Shown: positions 62,136 to 64,000 of the stretch, in pieces
How positions within the stretch are numbered: position 1 is the first letter of the stretch
Layout: each line of letters starts with the position of its first letter
Assembly (NCBI RefSeq): GCF_018350175.1
Contig: NC_058368.1
Location: 30,630,001-30,694,000 of the forward strand
DNA from: Felis catus
Lineage: Eukaryota
Length of the DNA: 64,000 nucleotides
Reading direction: 5' to 3'
Notes under the pieces: model-generated
Told to the model about the DNA's origin: nothing
Database searches by the model: none
Seen by the model: the letters and a program-made list of their open reading frames with translations, nothing else
Translations under genes and position numbers: made by a program

Positions 62136-64000
62136 TGGTAAACACTTGGGTTTAAAAAAGCAGTGGTATTTGAAAACACCAGCATTTCCTTTCTTCTGAG
62201 TATTCAGAGTAGGCATATTCACAAAACAATAAAAAAGAATAATTCACCTAATTCTTTTCATACACCATAAAATATAATTCAGAGGGTGAGGATGTATCCA
62301 CTTTCTGTCAGCTGTTTAAAAAATATGGCCTGGAGTTATTGTGTGCTCTTTAAGGTCACTTAGACATTATGAAACTCGTAATTAAATTTAAAGTTTGGTT
62401 TGCTAGCTTGATGCTTATTCTTAATTGAAAGAGATTAATTACCTTTCAAAGAAAAGTTTTAGAAAAGACTGTTTCAAATTCTACACGTCCATAAATATGG
62501 CATGTTTGCTATGGAACAAAGAGCATAATTTGCCACAGATTTTGAGAAATAATACTTAACCTGAACATTTCTTTGATGTTTTAGCTTAATTCTGGCGCAT
62601 CAGCCAGGAGAAAAATAGAGTACTCAAGTATCAATTTAACATGGAAGAGAGATGACTTTGTCATTAAAAATCAATCAAAAGTAAACCTTCAAAGTTCAAA
62701 AAGGAAAACTATTAAAATGAAAAAATGGCTTTTATAAGTAATTTTACTTTAAAATTTTAATAAACGCATTAAAATAAATATAATTTAATGAAAGAATAAC
62801 ACTGATCTGTTGCCATGGAAAAACCTCTTTGATACTATAATGACAAAAAATTTTTAGATTAAAAGAAAATCTTCACGAGCGAGAAGAAAATGATGTATTG
62901 TTGAGGAAGAAAAAAAACACAGGAAGGAAGAAACTCGCATCACAGGAATAAGTTACTGTTCACCAGACATCCGAGGGGGCTGCAGGGCCCCACAAGGAGA
63001 GCGAGAATCCTCCCCTAAAACGGACCTTAGTGGAAAGGACTTTTTTCTTCCAGCTCTGGGAAGTGTTCTAACATAGGTTAAGTCTCCAGCTTAGGACTGG
63101 AATGCACAGACAAGGGTCTGTGCCAACTCCTCGGTTTTGTTTAGTAGAACGTCCAAACTAAGCGTGCTTGAAACTCCTGCTCTAGGTAACTGTTCACTTG
63201 AGTGTGACGGGTTCTTTCTCACTAGGCTTTCAACTTCTTTTCTCGTACATGACCTCCTCCGTGTTTGGCCTGATGCATTCGCCTGCCACCAGGAGCCTGA
63301 GGAATGTCACGGCATGAATGCAAAGACAACAGGAGAGAGGCTATTCCACGGACGCCCAAGATGATGACTTTTCAGGTCCCCAGTAAGGCCATAGGCTTGG
63401 GGTTTGGTTTTACCTGAAGGGAAAAGTATTGTCTAAATTTCTCCATTGACTTCTCTAACTTTCTCCAAAGCCTGGATTTCTTAATGGTAGAATTTTCATA
63501 CTTGAGGGAGCGGAGACAACAGCCCAGAGCCCTCTGTCCCAGTTCATCTCGGTATGGAGGTGGAGTGAGGAAGGAGAGCTTGTTTGACCCCTGTTCGGGT
63601 CTTCCACTTTGTGGGAGTCAAGTGACTTATGCCATCTGGCAGGGTGGAGGGGAAAATGTAGACATGAAGGTCTTTGATCTCATTTCCTGTCAGAACACTG
63701 TGGGGAAATCGATGTGGGGGCTAGAGCACCAGCTGTAGGGTGGTTGCCTCAGGTTGGAAGAGGCAGTTCACTGTGGGAAGACAGCCGTGTGCAGGAGGGT
63801 AGGCTCCAGTGTTGGTAAAGTGATTCAAAGGGAGGGTACAGAAGGAAGCCAGGTGGGCTGGCTGATAAGCATGTTGGGGAGATGTGGAGGGAGGGCGGTC
63901 ATTGTAACTGAGTGAAAAGGCTCTGAAGTCAAGAGCTGCCCTGCAGCTCACCTGGGTGAGGAACTACATGTGAATTATTGCTAGACTTTTAGAGCCAGAA

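Noticed and set aside
62968..62982. CTCF-like catccgagggggctg
   Set aside because: Only the 3' half of the core motif matches
1..64000. Novel multi-gene system, tRNA/rRNA genes or CpG island
   Set aside because: No supportable coding exons; tRNA-like A/B boxes occur only within SINE heads; no extended GC/CpG-rich island

Overview
Mammalian genomic DNA, almost certainly a felid. It carries 19 tRNA-derived carnivore SINEs of the SINEC_Fc type and carnivore L1 3' ends. The window is AT-rich and non-coding (intronic or intergenic); I can support no protein-coding exon or gene. The ORF track is explained by SINE, L1 and low-complexity read-through or by chance. Much of the window is layered transposable-element debris: L1/HAL1, L2, CR1/L3, MIR, MaLR/ERV LTRs, MER5, MER20, MER53 and Tigger. 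Family names come from recalled consensus sequences, not a database search. The best non-obvious item is a 32-nt perfect copy of the 5' end of U3 snoRNA between 17-bp target-site duplications (62104-62135), a tailless retropseudogene. Other items are two rearranged or compound L1 insertions, a CpG-rich LTR-like insert, a CCAAT/ETS promoter-like module at 23.7 kb, a p53-like site at an LTR end and a switch in TE orientation bias near 17-23 kb. I found no evidence of a new multi-gene system, CRISPR array or prokaryotic feature.
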